64,000 nt of DNA from Theionarchaea archaeon (GTDB lineage: Archaea; Methanobacteriota_B; Thermococci; Methanofastidiosales; SZ-28-30). Below are positions 40,169 through 49,351 of this stretch, in pieces. The position numbers were made by a program, and so were the translations under genes. Under the pieces are notes generated by a model. The model saw nothing but the letters and a program-made list of their open reading frames with translations. It had not been told where the DNA came from and made no database searches. Position 1 is the stretch's first letter; each line of letters begins with the position of its first letter. The DNA lies in NCBI GenBank assembly GCA_018992685.1, contig JACVGT010000019.1, forward strand, positions 64,001 to 128,000, read 5' to 3'.

Positions 40169-41052
40169 TAAATCACCACCCTTACGAGATCAATGACTGC
40201 CAGAACCGCCATGTATTTCCAGAAGAAAACAAAACTCTGTTCTGTCTTCACCCTGGCTGAAATGACCTTGATAAAAATGAACAGGAGCCACAACAGCCCA
40301 CCAGTAATCAAGAACATCCACCAGTTCTGCCAGAAGAACAGGATAACTACCAGAGAGATCACCGTAAACACTTTGACCTGGTTGGAAAGGGTGAAAATTG
40401 CCAACCTGTACCCGGAGTACTCCACCAGAGGTCCTCCCAGAATTTCCTGTTCGGCTTCTGGTATGTCGAAGGGTTGCAACCCGATCTTGGCGGGTACAAT
40501 GCTCAAGAAGGCAATGCAGGCAAAGGGAAGCTGGTAGAACAACATGCCGTGAACTTCCTGGGCCTCAGCTATTCCTGTCAAGGAAAAACTGCCTGCCCTC
40601 ACTGCCACCGCCACAATGGAAATTGCCAGGGGCAGTTCATAGGCAAAGAGCTGGGTTACTTCTCTCGATCCTCCCACAGCGCCAAAGGGGCTGGCTGAAG
40701 AAAATCCTCCAACTGCCAGCATGATTGACGACATGTTCAGCACATAAATGACCACAATCACATCGCCAGCAAAGGACAGTCCCCACACCGGGAACAGCAT
40801 GGGCACCACCAGGATAGAAGCCAGAGCAATGATGGGAGCCCAGGTGAACAGAGCGCCCGCTTTCTCAGGCCTAACACTGTCTTTGGACAGTAACTTCACG
40901 AAATCATAGAAGGGCTGCAAAAATGGTGGGCCACGTCTGTTCTGCATGCGTGCTCTCACCTTTCGGTACATCCCTGCATACAGGAACGTCATCACCGAGG
41001 TGAATAACAGCCCCGGAATGATGAAAATCGAAATCAATGGATTGAGACTCAT
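40168..41052 (-). CDS. Membrane anchor subunit (MbhM/NuoH-like)
   Basis: ARMQNRRGPP..QPFYDFVKL, PFDIPEAEQE..GPLVEYSG. SD aggtga overlaps the upstream stop. Confidence 0.92.
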   Translation of the reverse strand: MSLNPLISIFIIPGLLFTSVMTFLYAGMYRKVRARMQNRRGPPFLQPFYDFVKLLSKDSVRPEKAGALFTWAPIIALASILVVPMLFPVWGLSFAGDVIVVIYVLNMSSIMLAVGGFSSASPFGAVGGSREVTQLFAYELPLAISIVAVAVRAGSFSLTGIAEAQEVHGMLFYQLPFACIAFLSIVPAKIGLQPFDIPEAEQEILGGPLVEYSGYRLAIFTLSNQVKVFTVISLVVILFFWQNWWMFLITGGLLWLLFIFIKVISARVKTEQSFVFFWKYMAVLAVIDLVRVVI

Positions 41053-41056
41053 GATA

Positions 41057-42142
41057 TCACCTATCCGTACAGCAGAAACACGGGTCAATGCTTGCCAGCG
41101 TAATAGGAACGTCACCCAGGGTGTCCCCCTCCAGCATCACCGGGACTGCCTGTACATTGGCATATGTGGGGGCACGTATTTTCACCCGCTCAGGATAAAA
41201 GGTGCCGTTGGACCTGACATAGTGGAACACTTCTCCGCGAGGAGCTTCGTATCTTCCAACTCCTTCGCCAGGTGGGATTTCTTTCACTGGAACTGCTATT
41301 TCCTTTCCCTTCAACCCCTTGAGAGCTGCTACTGCCTGTCTGATGATTTTCACTGATTCGAAAACCTCAAGGAGCCTGACTTTTGCCCTGGCCATATTAT
41401 CTTCTTCATCCAGGACGATTTTCTCGAAGTCCACTCTATCATATGCAAGGTGTGGATCATCCTTCCTCACATCAACAGCATAGCCTGACGCTCGGGCCAG
41501 AGGACCTACTGTACACAGCCTCCGTGCATCGTCTCTGGGCAGTGTCCCAGTTCCTACCAGTCGTGCTCTGATGGTCCTGTTTCTCAGGAAAGAATCAATG
41601 TAGTGTTCTGTCCTGCGCTCCACAACCTCGAGAGCGGTCAGCAGACCCGGGATCTGCTTTTCAGTGATGTCCTTCCTGCATCCTCCAACAGTATTCCATG
41701 CGTAATGGTTCCTGTTACCCGTTATTGTTTCAAGCTGATCCAGAACGAATTCTCTGTCTCTCCACGTGTACATGAACAGTGTTTCAATCCCTATTATTTC
41801 AGCAGCTATTCCCGCCCACAACAAGTGGGAGTGAATCCTTTCCAGCTCAGCAATGATCATCCTCGAGTATTCAGCTCTTTCAGGCAGTGTGACACCAGCA
41901 ATGTCCTCTACTGCCTGTGTGAATGCCAGAGGATGGGACATGGAACAGATGCCGCAGATTCGTTCCACCAGTAGTATGTCCTGTTCATAGGTTTTTCTTT
42001 CTGCAAGCTTCTCTACGCCTCTGTGGTTGTATCCCATGGTAATATCTACGTTGATGACTTTTTCTCCTTCTGCATACACTTTCAAGCGCTCAGGTTCTGC
42101 CAGAGCCAGGTGCTGGGGTCCAAATTGTACAACGACATCCAT
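41057..42142 (-). CDS. Group-4 [NiFe]-hydrogenase large subunit (MbhL/EchE-like)
   Basis: GPQH, HRGVEK, L1 ERICGICSMSH, L2 DPCFCCTDR then stop. Confidence 0.95.
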   Translation of the reverse strand: MDVVVQFGPQHLALAEPERLKVYAEGEKVINVDITMGYNHRGVEKLAERKTYEQDILLVERICGICSMSHPLAFTQAVEDIAGVTLPERAEYSRMIIAELERIHSHLLWAGIAAEIIGIETLFMYTWRDREFVLDQLETITGNRNHYAWNTVGGCRKDITEKQIPGLLTALEVVERRTEHYIDSFLRNRTIRARLVGTGTLPRDDARRLCTVGPLARASGYAVDVRKDDPHLAYDRVDFEKIVLDEEDNMARAKVRLLEVFESVKIIRQAVAALKGLKGKEIAVPVKEIPPGEGVGRYEAPRGEVFHYVRSNGTFYPERVKIRAPTYANVQAVPVMLEGDTLGDVPITLASIDPCFCCTDR

Positions 42143-42143
42143 T

Positions 42144-42563
42144 TCAATACCTCCTCAAAGGATATTCTGTATAGTCATCAGGAAGGAACAGGTGCCGGGG
42201 ATCGGGGTGATTGACCACAATGATACCCATCATTTCCATGGCTTCCCTCTCGTACCAGGCTGCAGATGGGTAGAAATCAGATATGGTCTCAATCCTGGGA
42301 TTTCCCCGTGGAGCAGACGTCTTCAGGCTCACCTGCAGGGGGGTAATCTCGAAGTGATAGACCAGTTCCAGCTCTTCGCCCAGGTCCACAGAAGAGATCA
42401 CTGAGAGGTGGCCTCCCATATCCTGAAAGAGCTTGACTGCCTGTCTGTGGGATCCATTCTGCACCTTGATAAATACTCTGTTTCTCCGCGTCGGGGTAAC
42501 CTCCAGCACATTCTCCCTGAGATGAGTTCTCAACATTTCTTTCAACTCCGGAACAGTGACCAT
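42144..42563 (-). CDS. MbhK/NuoC-like subunit
   Basis: AWYEREAMEMMG...HPDPRHLFLPDD..YPLRR. Confidence 0.9.
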   Translation of the reverse strand: MVTVPELKEMLRTHLRENVLEVTPTRRNRVFIKVQNGSHRQAVKLFQDMGGHLSVISSVDLGEELELVYHFEITPLQVSLKTSAPRGNPRIETISDFYPSAAWYEREAMEMMGIIVVNHPDPRHLFLPDDYTEYPLRRY

Positions 42564-42992
42564 TTACTCACCCCACAGAGCATTCAGTGCCGTGACAACC
42601 CCGTGCAGAATGGCCTGAGGCCTCGGTGGACATCCCGGAATGTATGCAGCCACCGGAATTACCTTGTCCGCAGGGCCATATGATGCATAGGTCTCATTGA
42701 AGATGCCTTTGGTGATGGCACAGGAACCAATGGCTACTGCAGCCTTTGGGTCCATGGTTTGCTCATATAATCGTTTCAGTACATCCCTTGTCTTTAGTGT
42801 AATAATTCCAGTCACTACGATGATATCTGCATGACGAGGATTTGGCTTTAAGACTCCTCCAAACCGTTCCACATCAAACCGGGGGGCAAGAGCGGCCAGA
42901 ACTTCGATATCGCAGTTATTGCATGACCCGCAGCTCACGTGAAGCAGCCAGGGGGATTTCTTCCTGCAGTAATTCACCATTTTATCCAGCAT
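42564..42992 (-). CDS. [NiFe]-hydrogenase small subunit (MbhJ/NuoB-like)
   Basis: SCNNCDIE, PRHAD, IGSCA, YIPGCPPRP. Confidence 0.95.
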   Translation of the reverse strand: MLDKMVNYCRKKSPWLLHVSCGSCNNCDIEVLAALAPRFDVERFGGVLKPNPRHADIIVVTGIITLKTRDVLKRLYEQTMDPKAAVAIGSCAITKGIFNETYASYGPADKVIPVAAYIPGCPPRPQAILHGVVTALNALWGE

Positions 42993-44809
42993 TAAACCAC
43001 CCTCCACAAATACACGATCACCACAACAAGAGTGAATACTACCCAGAACACGTAGTTCTGCAGCAGTCCGCTGTGTTCAGATTTCAGGTACCGGTAGAAT
43101 CGGCCAAGCGGAGCCATGATACCATAGTACAGGTTTGAACCACCTATATTGACATAGTAGTCTTCTTCCCCACAGATATATACGTCGTCTCTGGCATCAG
43201 GCTTCTTGTCTGATTTGTCTGATTCTGGCGCCAACGCTTTCCCTGTCCTTAGGGTCAAGAACACAAAGGCCATGAGAAACAGCAGTACCAGCGAGATCAT
43301 GACAGGACTCCAGTACGCATATTCAAGGTTCAACCCCAGGTTGTAGGCACCCACGTCCACCGGGACACCCAGGAGGGAAGAGGACGCTTTCCCTACCAGC
43401 GTCAGAGGCAGCCTGGGGTAGACGCCAAATATGATGCATGTTACCGCAAGGATACCCATGGGGACCTTCATCAGGAAGGGAACATCTTTCACCTCTCTGA
43501 ATTCCTCTTTGAGCTGGCCCAGGAATGCAGAGTCCAGAGCCTTCAAGAACGAGCTCAAGGTGCCAACACTGGCCAGGATCAGGACTACGGTGAAAAAGTA
43601 GTACTCCTTCTGGTAGGTACCCACGTAAAGCATCCACTTGCTGACGAACCCATTGAAGGGAGGGACTCCTGAAATTGCCAGCGCCCCTATGAAAAAGCAG
43701 AACGTGGTAAAAGGCATCTTCTTGGAAAGTCCACCCATCCTGTCAAGGTCCCACGTGCCAATCCGGTAGAAAACAGCCCCTGCACACAGGAAGAGGAGCC
43801 CTTTGTATACGGCATTGTTCATGAGATGGAACAGCCCTCCTGAGACTCCCAGAGGTGTCGCCAGTCCGATACCTGCTATAATATAGCCGAGCTGGGAGAC
43901 AGCGTGATAGGACAGCAGCCGTTTGAAGTCGTGCTGCACCAGAGCCATCATGACACCCACGAAGGCTGTAATCACGCCGAAGGTTGCAATCATAGGGCTC
44001 GTGGCATCCATGGCATCAAACACCACGTACAGGACACGGGCAAGAAGATAGACACCAGCCACCTTGAAGGTACCTGCCAGGAGCATGCCCGTGGGAGTGG
44101 GAGCTGCAGGGTAACTGTCAGCAGCCCAGAAATGGAGCGGTACAATCCCTGCCTTGAATCCGAATCCCACAACAAAGAATGCCAGAGCAACAATGTCCAC
44201 AGATGACATGACGATCTTTGACGTGAGGTCCACCATGTTCAGAGTCTGGTACTGGGCATACAGCAGTGCCACTCCAAACAGGATAAACGTGGATACGACA
44301 CCACCCAACGTCAACAACTTGAAAGCAGCTTCCGCTGAATCCCATTTTCTGTGATATGACACCAGAGCATAGGTGGAAACTGACATGATCTCAAAGAAGA
44401 CGTACAGGTTAAACATGTCCCCTGTGAGGACGACACCTGAAATTCCTGCAATCTGGAGACAGAACAGCGTGTAAAACTTTCCTCTGCGGGGATCTTTCCT
44501 CATATAGGGGACAGCATACAGTGCAGAGAAAGAAGCCATTCCTGCTGCCACGCACGCTGCAAAGAGGGATAGTGCGTCAACATACAAGGTAATACCATAG
44601 GGGGGGCTCCTGTTACCCAGTGCATAGACAATCACATCACCAGAGAGAACCTGCGATATCATGGTCAGTCCGCATACCAGGCTCCCTACAAACGCCAGGA
44701 AGGGAATGTAATCCCGCAGCCGGCCTGACCCCAGTCCTACAAGGGGAGTTATGAACGCTGCAGACAGAGGCAGCAAAACCATGAAAATGGGTGCATGTTC
44801 AGTAATCAT
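42992..44809 (-). CDS. Antiporter-like subunit MrpD/MbhH with an MbhI-like C-terminal extension
   Basis: DMFNLYVFFE, KAGIVPLHFW, KRLLSYH, PPFNGFVSKW, then YICGE...HSGLLQNYVFW. Confidence 0.9.
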   Translation of the reverse strand: MITEHAPIFMVLLPLSAAFITPLVGLGSGRLRDYIPFLAFVGSLVCGLTMISQVLSGDVIVYALGNRSPPYGITLYVDALSLFAACVAAGMASFSALYAVPYMRKDPRRGKFYTLFCLQIAGISGVVLTGDMFNLYVFFEIMSVSTYALVSYHRKWDSAEAAFKLLTLGGVVSTFILFGVALLYAQYQTLNMVDLTSKIVMSSVDIVALAFFVVGFGFKAGIVPLHFWAADSYPAAPTPTGMLLAGTFKVAGVYLLARVLYVVFDAMDATSPMIATFGVITAFVGVMMALVQHDFKRLLSYHAVSQLGYIIAGIGLATPLGVSGGLFHLMNNAVYKGLLFLCAGAVFYRIGTWDLDRMGGLSKKMPFTTFCFFIGALAISGVPPFNGFVSKWMLYVGTYQKEYYFFTVVLILASVGTLSSFLKALDSAFLGQLKEEFREVKDVPFLMKVPMGILAVTCIIFGVYPRLPLTLVGKASSSLLGVPVDVGAYNLGLNLEYAYWSPVMISLVLLFLMAFVFLTLRTGKALAPESDKSDKKPDARDDVYICGEEDYYVNIGGSNLYYGIMAPLGRFYRYLKSEHSGLLQNYVFWVVFTLVVVIVYLWRVV

Positions 44810-45156
44810 TCTTTCAACCCCCTGATTTCTGTAATGTCCAGGGTGCCATAATGTCGGTAGAGGACAATAGCTATACTCAAGGCAAGAGCAGTGACACTGA
44901 GCCCGATGACAATGCTGGTCAGCACCAGTGCCTGGGGCAAGGGATCTACCATGACAGCAGTTTCAGAGGTTACGTCAGGCAGGACCACAATGGGAGGTGA
45001 CCCGCCCTGAACGTACCCTGTGGCAATAAGGAAATATTGAACCGCATAGTCCATCAGACTGAGTCCCACCACGATTTTGATGAGATTCTTCTTTACCATG
45101 ACAGCATACAATCCAATGACAAATACAATAGTGCAGACGATATAGTCGATATTCAT
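44806..45156 (-). CDS. MrpC/MbhG subunit
   Basis: NLIKIVVGL, DPLPQALVLTSIVIG. Confidence 0.92.
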   Translation of the reverse strand: MNIDYIVCTIVFVIGLYAVMVKKNLIKIVVGLSLMDYAVQYFLIATGYVQGGSPPIVVLPDVTSETAVMVDPLPQALVLTSIVIGLSVTALALSIAIVLYRHYGTLDITEIRGLKE

Positions 45157-45581
45157 GGGGGACTCCTCCTCATGTTGTTGAAAATGGCTGTCAGCTCTGT
45201 CCCCACTTTAACACCAATTGCAATGTAGATCGGACCCAGAATCCCTGCGCTGAGCAACGTTCCTGGTTGTCCCAGTCCAACAGCATTCCACAGGAAATTT
45301 CCTCCTTTCAGTATGCCAATACACCCGAGGCCAATGAAACACAAGGCTGCTACACTTTCGAGAGCAGTCATCACTGATTCGGGAATTCTCAGTGTGCCAA
45401 ATCCCAGGTAGAGCAGGATGATGCTTGAAGCAATGATGGTACCTCCCTGAAACCCACCTCCAGGTGTCAGATGGCCATGAACAAAGATATAGACCCCATA
45501 CACAAAAGCCAGGGGGAAAACCACGCGGGTTATGCTCTTCACAATGACACTGGGTTCGCGGGGGTCCTCATTCTTTTTCAT
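45153..45581 (-). CDS. MrpB/MbhF subunit
   Basis: GHLTPGGGFQGG. Confidence 0.92.
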   Translation of the reverse strand: MKKNEDPREPSVIVKSITRVVFPLAFVYGVYIFVHGHLTPGGGFQGGTIIASSIILLYLGFGTLRIPESVMTALESVAALCFIGLGCIGILKGGNFLWNAVGLGQPGTLLSAGILGPIYIAIGVKVGTELTAIFNNMRRSPP

Positions 45582-45849
45582 TGTCTTCCCTCCGCTTCCT
45601 CCAGAATAGTGCAGCCACTCCTGTCGTCGCAGTGAACAGGACAGTGACTTCTCCCAGCGTGTCATATCCTCTATAGTCCAGCACAATATTCGTCACCAGG
45701 TTGGTGGCTCCGGCTTCTTCAAGTCCGTCTTCCAGGTAGTGCTCTCCGACCCCGATAGAATGGTCTCCAAACCTGTTGACACCAGTAACTGTGTAGATCA
45801 GAACTGACATCAGTAATCCCAGCAAGAGATAGCTCAGTGCACGCTTCAT
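45568..45849 (-). CDS. MbhE-like subunit
   Basis: NLVTNIVLDYRGYDTLGE. Confidence 0.9.
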   Translation of the reverse strand: MKRALSYLLLGLLMSVLIYTVTGVNRFGDHSIGVGEHYLEDGLEEAGATNLVTNIVLDYRGYDTLGEVTVLFTATTGVAALFWRKRREDNEKE

Positions 45850-46082
45850 TCTTCTGACCTCCGGGTATGGCTAATGGCTAAAAGCAGGATAAATGTGGAC
45901 AGAGCAGCCCCAATAGCAACTTCTGTCATGGCTACATCTGGAGCCTGCAGCTGATAGAAGAGTAAAGCCAGGCACAGGCTGCACATCCCCAGAGACACGG
46001 CTGTATATATCAGATCTTTGAACTCTACGGCCACCAGCGCACTGGCAGCAAAGAGCACCAGCAAGATGAGATGTGAGATCAT
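45846..46082 (-). CDS. MbhD-like subunit (DUF4040)
   Basis: APDVAMTEVAIG. Confidence 0.9.
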   Translation of the reverse strand: MISHLILLVLFAASALVAVEFKDLIYTAVSLGMCSLCLALLFYQLQAPDVAMTEVAIGAALSTFILLLAISHTRRSEE

Positions 46083-46405
46083 TCAAACTCCTCCTTGAAC
46101 GCGTCATAACTCCCGATTTTCATGCGGGTTCCTGATCTGTATGCAGCCCGGGCTATTGCATGGGCAGATGTTGGATTTCCCAGGACAATGAAGACGATGA
46201 TAATGACAGCTTTGATGGCCACTTCTCCCTGCATGAGGAGTGCCACACCCAGAAGCGTGCACATGGCACCCAGCGTGGTGCATTTGGTGGCTGCATGCAT
46301 CCGGGTGAACATGTCGGGAAGTCGAAGCAATCCAATAGCACCCACCAGGAGAAAGAAGGTGCCTATTGCGATGAGAATATCTGCGATGAGAGTTCCTGCC
46401 ATCAT
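46079..46405 (-). CDS. MrpG/MbhC subunit
   Basis: RLPDMFTRMHAATK, PTSAHAIARAA. Confidence 0.92.
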   Translation of the reverse strand: MMAGTLIADILIAIGTFFLLVGAIGLLRLPDMFTRMHAATKCTTLGAMCTLLGVALLMQGEVAIKAVIIIVFIVLGNPTSAHAIARAAYRSGTRMKIGSYDAFKEEFE

Positions 46406-46665
46406 AATCCTCCCTCCAAGTAACGTGCAATGGCAATAACAGCAATAAAACTCAGCAGCGCGTAGATAATTGCCACATCTATCAACCACGTTCTATTATA
46501 GACAACGCCAAGAACAACCAGGAGAGCAGTAGTAATGGTGGTAGCAGCATCCAGAGCAATGACCCGGTCCCCTGCTGTAGGACCTTTCACGGCTCTCAAG
46601 AATGAAAGCAGAAATGCGAAAGAAATGACAAATACTGCACCCTGCAGAAAAGAGAGTTCCATCAT
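46402..46665 (-). CDS. MrpF/MbhB subunit
   Basis: KGPTAGDRVIALD. Confidence 0.92.
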   Translation of the reverse strand: MMELSFLQGAVFVISFAFLLSFLRAVKGPTAGDRVIALDAATTITTALLVVLGVVYNRTWLIDVAIIYALLSFIAVIAIARYLEGGL

Positions 46666-47153
46666 GAAAACACCTTGTTCAAGAATCTCATGAATCGGCC
46701 AGTAATCATCTCTGCAGCTTCCTGTGGGTTATACGTTTGAATGTTCAGCCAGTGCACATAGAAATTAGTGCCCACAACGTCCAGCGTAAGGGTCCCGGGA
46801 GTCAGAGTAATTGAATTTGCCAGAAGAGTCCTTCCGTAGTCTGACTGCAGGGATACAGGTACCCGGACGATTCCTGGGTTTATGGGCATTCTCGGATGGA
46901 GCACTCGATAGGCCACATCAAGGTTGGATTTGATGATCTCCCAGAGCAGGGCAGGGATATACACGAGGAAGAAGACCACTCTCCTGGGATGAAGGCTCAC
47001 AGCAGGGAACAGGTTCCTGGACAGGACTGCCACGATGAAAGCTGCAAGCAACCCCACTGCAAGAGGAGGATACCCCTGTTCCTGGATTTCAGACCAGGTC
47101 AGAAGAACCCACAGGATCAACGTTGCGATGAATGCAGAGATACATTGCTTCAT
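46662..47153 (-). CDS. MrpE/MbhA subunit
   Basis: NLDVA, LANSITLTPGTLT, YVHWL. Confidence 0.92.
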   Translation of the reverse strand: MKQCISAFIATLILWVLLTWSEIQEQGYPPLAVGLLAAFIVAVLSRNLFPAVSLHPRRVVFFLVYIPALLWEIIKSNLDVAYRVLHPRMPINPGIVRVPVSLQSDYGRTLLANSITLTPGTLTLDVVGTNFYVHWLNIQTYNPQEAAEMITGRFMRFLNKVFS

Positions 47154-47157
47154 AGGT

Positions 47158-48336
47158 TCACCTCAGAACTTCCACCACTTTGGTAGAGTCCATTTCCACT
47201 CTAATACCCGCGTCAGCCAGTTGATTCCGTACTGAAGGGGTTATAAACGGCATTGTTCCCATGATCACAGGGATCTTTTGTGACGCCAGTGCAAGAGCAG
47301 CTGTCAACATCCTGGGGTCTCTCCACCTGGGCATGAGGACCGTGAGGGCTCGTATCCCCAGGAGTTTTGCCGGCTCGCAGCATCCCGCATTGATCACACA
47401 GGGGACCTGGAATTCGTTCATGAGAGCACATTGATGATCAGGATGTTCCAGCAGGCCACATGTCAAGTTCAGAACCATGAATTTCTGGCTGATCAACTGG
47501 TGAACGATGGCATCGAGGTTCCAGGTGCTCTTTCCAGACGCACAGCCCATGATTGCCACCACTCCCGCAATGAGACCAGAATCCACCGCCTTGTTGAGTG
47601 TTTCAGTGTCCACAGGATAACCCACTGTTGCACGTCGAGGAGTAACCTTTCTGAACGATGCCTGGTCCCTCCTGGAGAAATTTTCAACAGCAGTCTCACA
47701 GGCAGCAGCCACATCTCCACCTTGATACACATAGTCTATCATGTCGCCCGCTTCTTCAAGAATGTCAATTCCACCCAGCAGGGGAATCCCGAAATTCGAG
47801 GCAGCTTCCGCCCCTTCACACAGGGCACCTACAAGGTTAATCCCTCTGGCAGTGCGTCCCCTGGCCAGATCCCTCATTTTCTGACTTCTGGCCTGCTTTA
47901 TTATGTCAGGAGAGTATACAGTGGTCACAATGTTCACTGCGTCCTTCTGTAAGACTCCAAGGCCAGACTCAACATTCCGAGGTTTTTTCTGATCTGACTG
48001 CCACTGGCCAACCAGCGTCTGCGAAGGTTCCAGAATGGAACCACTGGCTTTCACCAGATCCTGAATAGTAACCCCTGCCTCATGGGTGTGAATCATCCTA
48101 TCTAGTGAAAGAGGCACAGAGATTCCCACTCCATAATCAGTCAATCCCTTGAGGACATGCAGTCCCAGGTTCACAACATTCATACCTTCTGCATCAATCC
48201 CACAGGCCCCCACGTGGGGTTCTTCATCAAAAGGGTTTACAATACATGGCCCTAAATCACAATACGTACACATCATACCGGCAGAAGCCAGCTCATTCTG
48301 AGGCTTCTGAGCCTGTAATCGATCCATTGTTTTCAT
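47158..48336 (-). CDS. Miniaturised, degenerate anaerobic CO dehydrogenase (CooS/HCP superfamily) homologue
   Basis: DRLQAQKPQ...CTYCDLGPCIVNPF...GACG, ESGLGVLQKDAVNI, GINLVGALCEG, AVENFSRR, GVVAIMGC, AGCC; only 392 aa. Confidence 0.85.
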   Translation of the reverse strand: MKTMDRLQAQKPQNELASAGMMCTYCDLGPCIVNPFDEEPHVGACGIDAEGMNVVNLGLHVLKGLTDYGVGISVPLSLDRMIHTHEAGVTIQDLVKASGSILEPSQTLVGQWQSDQKKPRNVESGLGVLQKDAVNIVTTVYSPDIIKQARSQKMRDLARGRTARGINLVGALCEGAEAASNFGIPLLGGIDILEEAGDMIDYVYQGGDVAAACETAVENFSRRDQASFRKVTPRRATVGYPVDTETLNKAVDSGLIAGVVAIMGCASGKSTWNLDAIVHQLISQKFMVLNLTCGLLEHPDHQCALMNEFQVPCVINAGCCEPAKLLGIRALTVLMPRWRDPRMLTAALALASQKIPVIMGTMPFITPSVRNQLADAGIRVEMDSTKVVEVLR

Positions 48337-48797
48337 GCCTTTCCTCTCCTCTCTTTCATGATCTGTGAAAACTCACCATATACGAGAGCATTGGTGGGGC
48401 AGGCACGGACACATGCGGGTCCTCCTACATTCCTGCACAGGTCACACTTTACCATTATCTGTCCACGGGAATCAGGTTCAATGATTCCAATGGGACAGGC
48501 CACACTGCACGATCTGCACCCGATACACAGACCATCATCGATAACCACGATGCCATCGTCTCCCTTTTCAATGGCGTCCACCGGGCAGGCTTCCATGCAG
48601 GGAGGAACCTCACAGTGACGGCAGCTGAGCACAACAGTCTGTGTATTATCACCCTTCAGGAAAATCCGAGTCTTGGGAAGAAGAGGTGCAGTAAGAGCCT
48701 GGTATACCGTGTCTGCATGCTTCCATGCCATGGAACATGCTACTTCACAATTGCGGCAAGCCACACATCGCTCTGAATCATAATAAAGTGCTTTCAT
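48333..48797 (-). CDS. CooF/HycB-like 4x[4Fe-4S] ferredoxin
   Basis: CVACRNCEVAC, CRHC..PCMEACP, CIGCRSCSVACP, KCDLC...PACVRACP. Confidence 0.92.
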   Translation of the reverse strand: MKALYYDSERCVACRNCEVACSMAWKHADTVYQALTAPLLPKTRIFLKGDNTQTVVLSCRHCEVPPCMEACPVDAIEKGDDGIVVIDDGLCIGCRSCSVACPIGIIEPDSRGQIMVKCDLCRNVGGPACVRACPTNALVYGEFSQIMKERRGKA

Positions 48798-48820
48798 TCG
48801 GGAACCCCTTCTGGTGCTAC

Positions 48821-48835
48821 CTTTTAAATTTTACG
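48821..48835 (-). promoter_or_regulatory. BRE/TATA promoter of the CooF-like/CooS-like/Mrp-Mbh operon
   Basis: cgtaaaatttaaaag about 25 nt upstream of ATG 48797 (near-leaderless). Confidence 0.55.
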
Positions 48836-49351
48836 CATGAAAACACATGTCCTCCGTGGACCCCCATGTCTCCCCTCTCATCGGGCAATAGTATCCTAGA
48901 ATCTGTATTTATCGTGTGGATGTGCCTTGTCAAATCCATGGTACCTCCTCACAGCCAGGTAGCCCACGCTGCTTCTGTATCTTGCCAGGCTATCGATTTC
49001 AGCACAGACAATGATCTGGAAAAGTGTCAACGAAAGAAGAGAAAGCATTCTCCTGGGTGTGAAAGATTACGATACGATTCCTGGGTTGAAAGGTATTGCC
49101 TGTTCCCGCCCCAGGTTCGACAGCATGCCACGGATTATCAGTATCTGTAGAACCCAACTCCTGAACGTGGGTAGAGAATGGTTACGAGCTTCTTTCCCTC
49201 AAGAAGTATGACTACTCCTCTTTCAGTCTCAGCTGGGCGATCACTCATAGGGCAGGCCTCGCACCCTGACCGGGGAAAAGTTTTTATGCTCACCTCCATC
49301 ATGTAATAACGCTAAGAGTTATTGATTAACAACATCGGCCCGAGGCACACC

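Noticed and set aside
48817-48939. 40-codon His-containing ORF (MDLTRHIH...HGGHVFSC...) with GAGGAGGT upstream of the CooF-like gene, considered as a Ni chaperone
   Set aside because: SD spacing is only 3 nt, the ORF runs over the operon's likely TATA box, and it does not resemble CooT or CooJ. Unsupported without homologues.
49047-49097. Two imperfect copies of cctgggt(g)tgaaag, resembling CRISPR repeat ends
   Set aside because: Only two short copies about 30 nt apart, with no spacer-length gap and no cas genes.
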